A stretch of DNA of 40,624 bases from Patescibacteria group bacterium (GTDB lineage: Bacteria; Patescibacteriota; Minisyncoccia; 2-02-FULL-40-12; GWA2-44-9): contig JBBTXT010000003.1 of the NCBI GenBank assembly GCA_038062135.1, forward strand, positions 1 through 40,624. The letters are read 5' to 3'. A program made the translations under genes and the position numbers. Positions 39,660-40,624 of the stretch are shown here, piece after piece. The first letter of the stretch is position 1, and each line of letters begins with the position of its first letter. The notes beneath the pieces were generated by a model. The model searched no databases. It saw nothing but the letters and a program-made list of their open reading frames with translations, and was not told the DNA's origin.

Positions 39660-40624
39660 GGTAACTCATTTTAATGCAATATGATCTATTAGGAGTTCTC
39701 GGCTGCACGCATCACTGCGCTTCCACCTGAACCCTATCAACGTGGTGGTCTACCACGGATCTATGATACCTCATCTTAGGGCCCGCTTCGTGCTTATATG
39801 CTTTCAGCACTTATCGGAACCGAACATAGCTACCCGGCAATGCCCTTGGCAGGACAGCCGGCACACCAGAGGTTCGTTCAACTCGGTCCTCTCGTACTAG
39901 AGTCAACCCCCTTCAAGTATCTACGCCCACACCAGATATGGACCAACCTGTCTCACGACGGTCTGAACCCAGCTCACGTACCCTTTTAATTGGCGAACAG
40001 CCAAACCCTTGGGGCCTTCTTCAGTCCCAGGATAGGGCGAGCCGACATCGAGGTGCCGAACACTGCCGTCGCTGTGAACGCTCGGGCAGTACCAGCCTGT
40101 TATCCCCGGAGTAGCTTTTATTCGTTGATCTTTGCCGCTCCTACGAGCAAGCATCGGTTCACTAGGTCCTGCTTTCGCATCTGCGCGACACATCCGTCTT
40201 GCAGTTAAGCCGGCTTTTGCCTTTACACTATCGCTCCGATGTCCATCCGGAGCTAGCCGACCTTGATGAACGCCTCCATTACTTTTTAGGAGGCTAGTGC
40301 CCCACCAAAACTGCCCGCCAGGCACTGTCTTGATAGGACCCTACAAAATCACAAACAACTCAAAATTAACTCCTTTCGAGGAGATTCCAAGACTGGCTAA
40401 AGCACAGTCCTAAAACCTTCTCCTTGAACCAGAGCCTTTTCCGAGCTTGTTTGGTGACCTTATAGGGTCCTACCAGTTAGAGCTACAAATCGTAGAGATG
40501 GGTGTTTCATTGGCGGATCCACATTCCCCGAGAGGAACGCTTCAAATCCTACCCACTACGCTACGCAATACAACTCGTAGACCAATACCAAGCTACAGTA
40601 AAGCTTCCGGGGTCTTTCCGTCTT
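39660..40624 (-). rRNA. rrl: 23S ribosomal RNA, 3' part (domains V-VI), continues past the right edge
   Basis: The reverse complement contains AGACGGAAAGACCCCGGAAGCTTTACTGTAGCTTGG, GGATAACAGGCTGGTACTGCCCGAGCGTTCACAGCGACGGCAGTGTTCGGCACCTCGATGTCGGCTC, CTAGTACGAGAGGACCGAGTTGAACG and GATAAGTGCTGAAAGCATATAAGCACGAAGC. The 3' end near 39660 is approximate. Confidence 0.95.

Noticed and set aside
39798-40325. ORFs 39798..39989, 39921..40325 and 39990..40208
   Set aside because: They lie entirely inside the 23S rRNA gene.

Overview
About 40.6 kb of a compact, gene-dense bacterial chromosome. The short rpoB/rpoC, start codons without Shine-Dalgarno (SD) sequences, a TM-anchored orphan solute-binding protein, small DUF4389/LemA/YvlD membrane proteins and an insertion in the 23S rRNA suggest a small-genome Patescibacteria/CPR-type organism; this is inference only. 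The backbone is housekeeping: dnaG (partial), a DEDD exonuclease, obg, a DEAD-box helicase, tRNA-Ser, murD, htpX, lemA, groES-groEL with a CIRCE operator, a short UvrC-like protein, secG, a family-5 SBP, tRNA-Leu, RNase J, trpS, murC, ychF, rpsF-ssb-rpsR, recA, ftsK, rpoB-rpoC, ftsW/rodA, 5S rRNA and the 3' part of 23S rRNA. I found no CRISPR array, transposase, integrase or recognisable defence gene. The main unexplained signal is a dispersed set of at least seven short ORFan cassettes rich in G/C, most strikingly at third codon positions. They lie at 4229-4823, 5652-5975, 11075-11776, 12926-13591, 21007-21276, 24559-24765 and 29680-30033. Each has a canonical AGGAGG-type SD and its own GC-stem hairpin, and most sit behind near-consensus sigma70-type promoters. 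They are wedged one at a time between core genes that have no SD at all. Other points worth a second look are one AT-rich ORFan inside the murC-ychF operon, an insertion of about 140 nt in 23S helix 79, GC-rich structured blocks in the lemA-htpX spacer and the rpoB leader, and several leaderless-like promoter/start arrangements. All functional calls come from motifs read by eye in the translations; no database search was possible.
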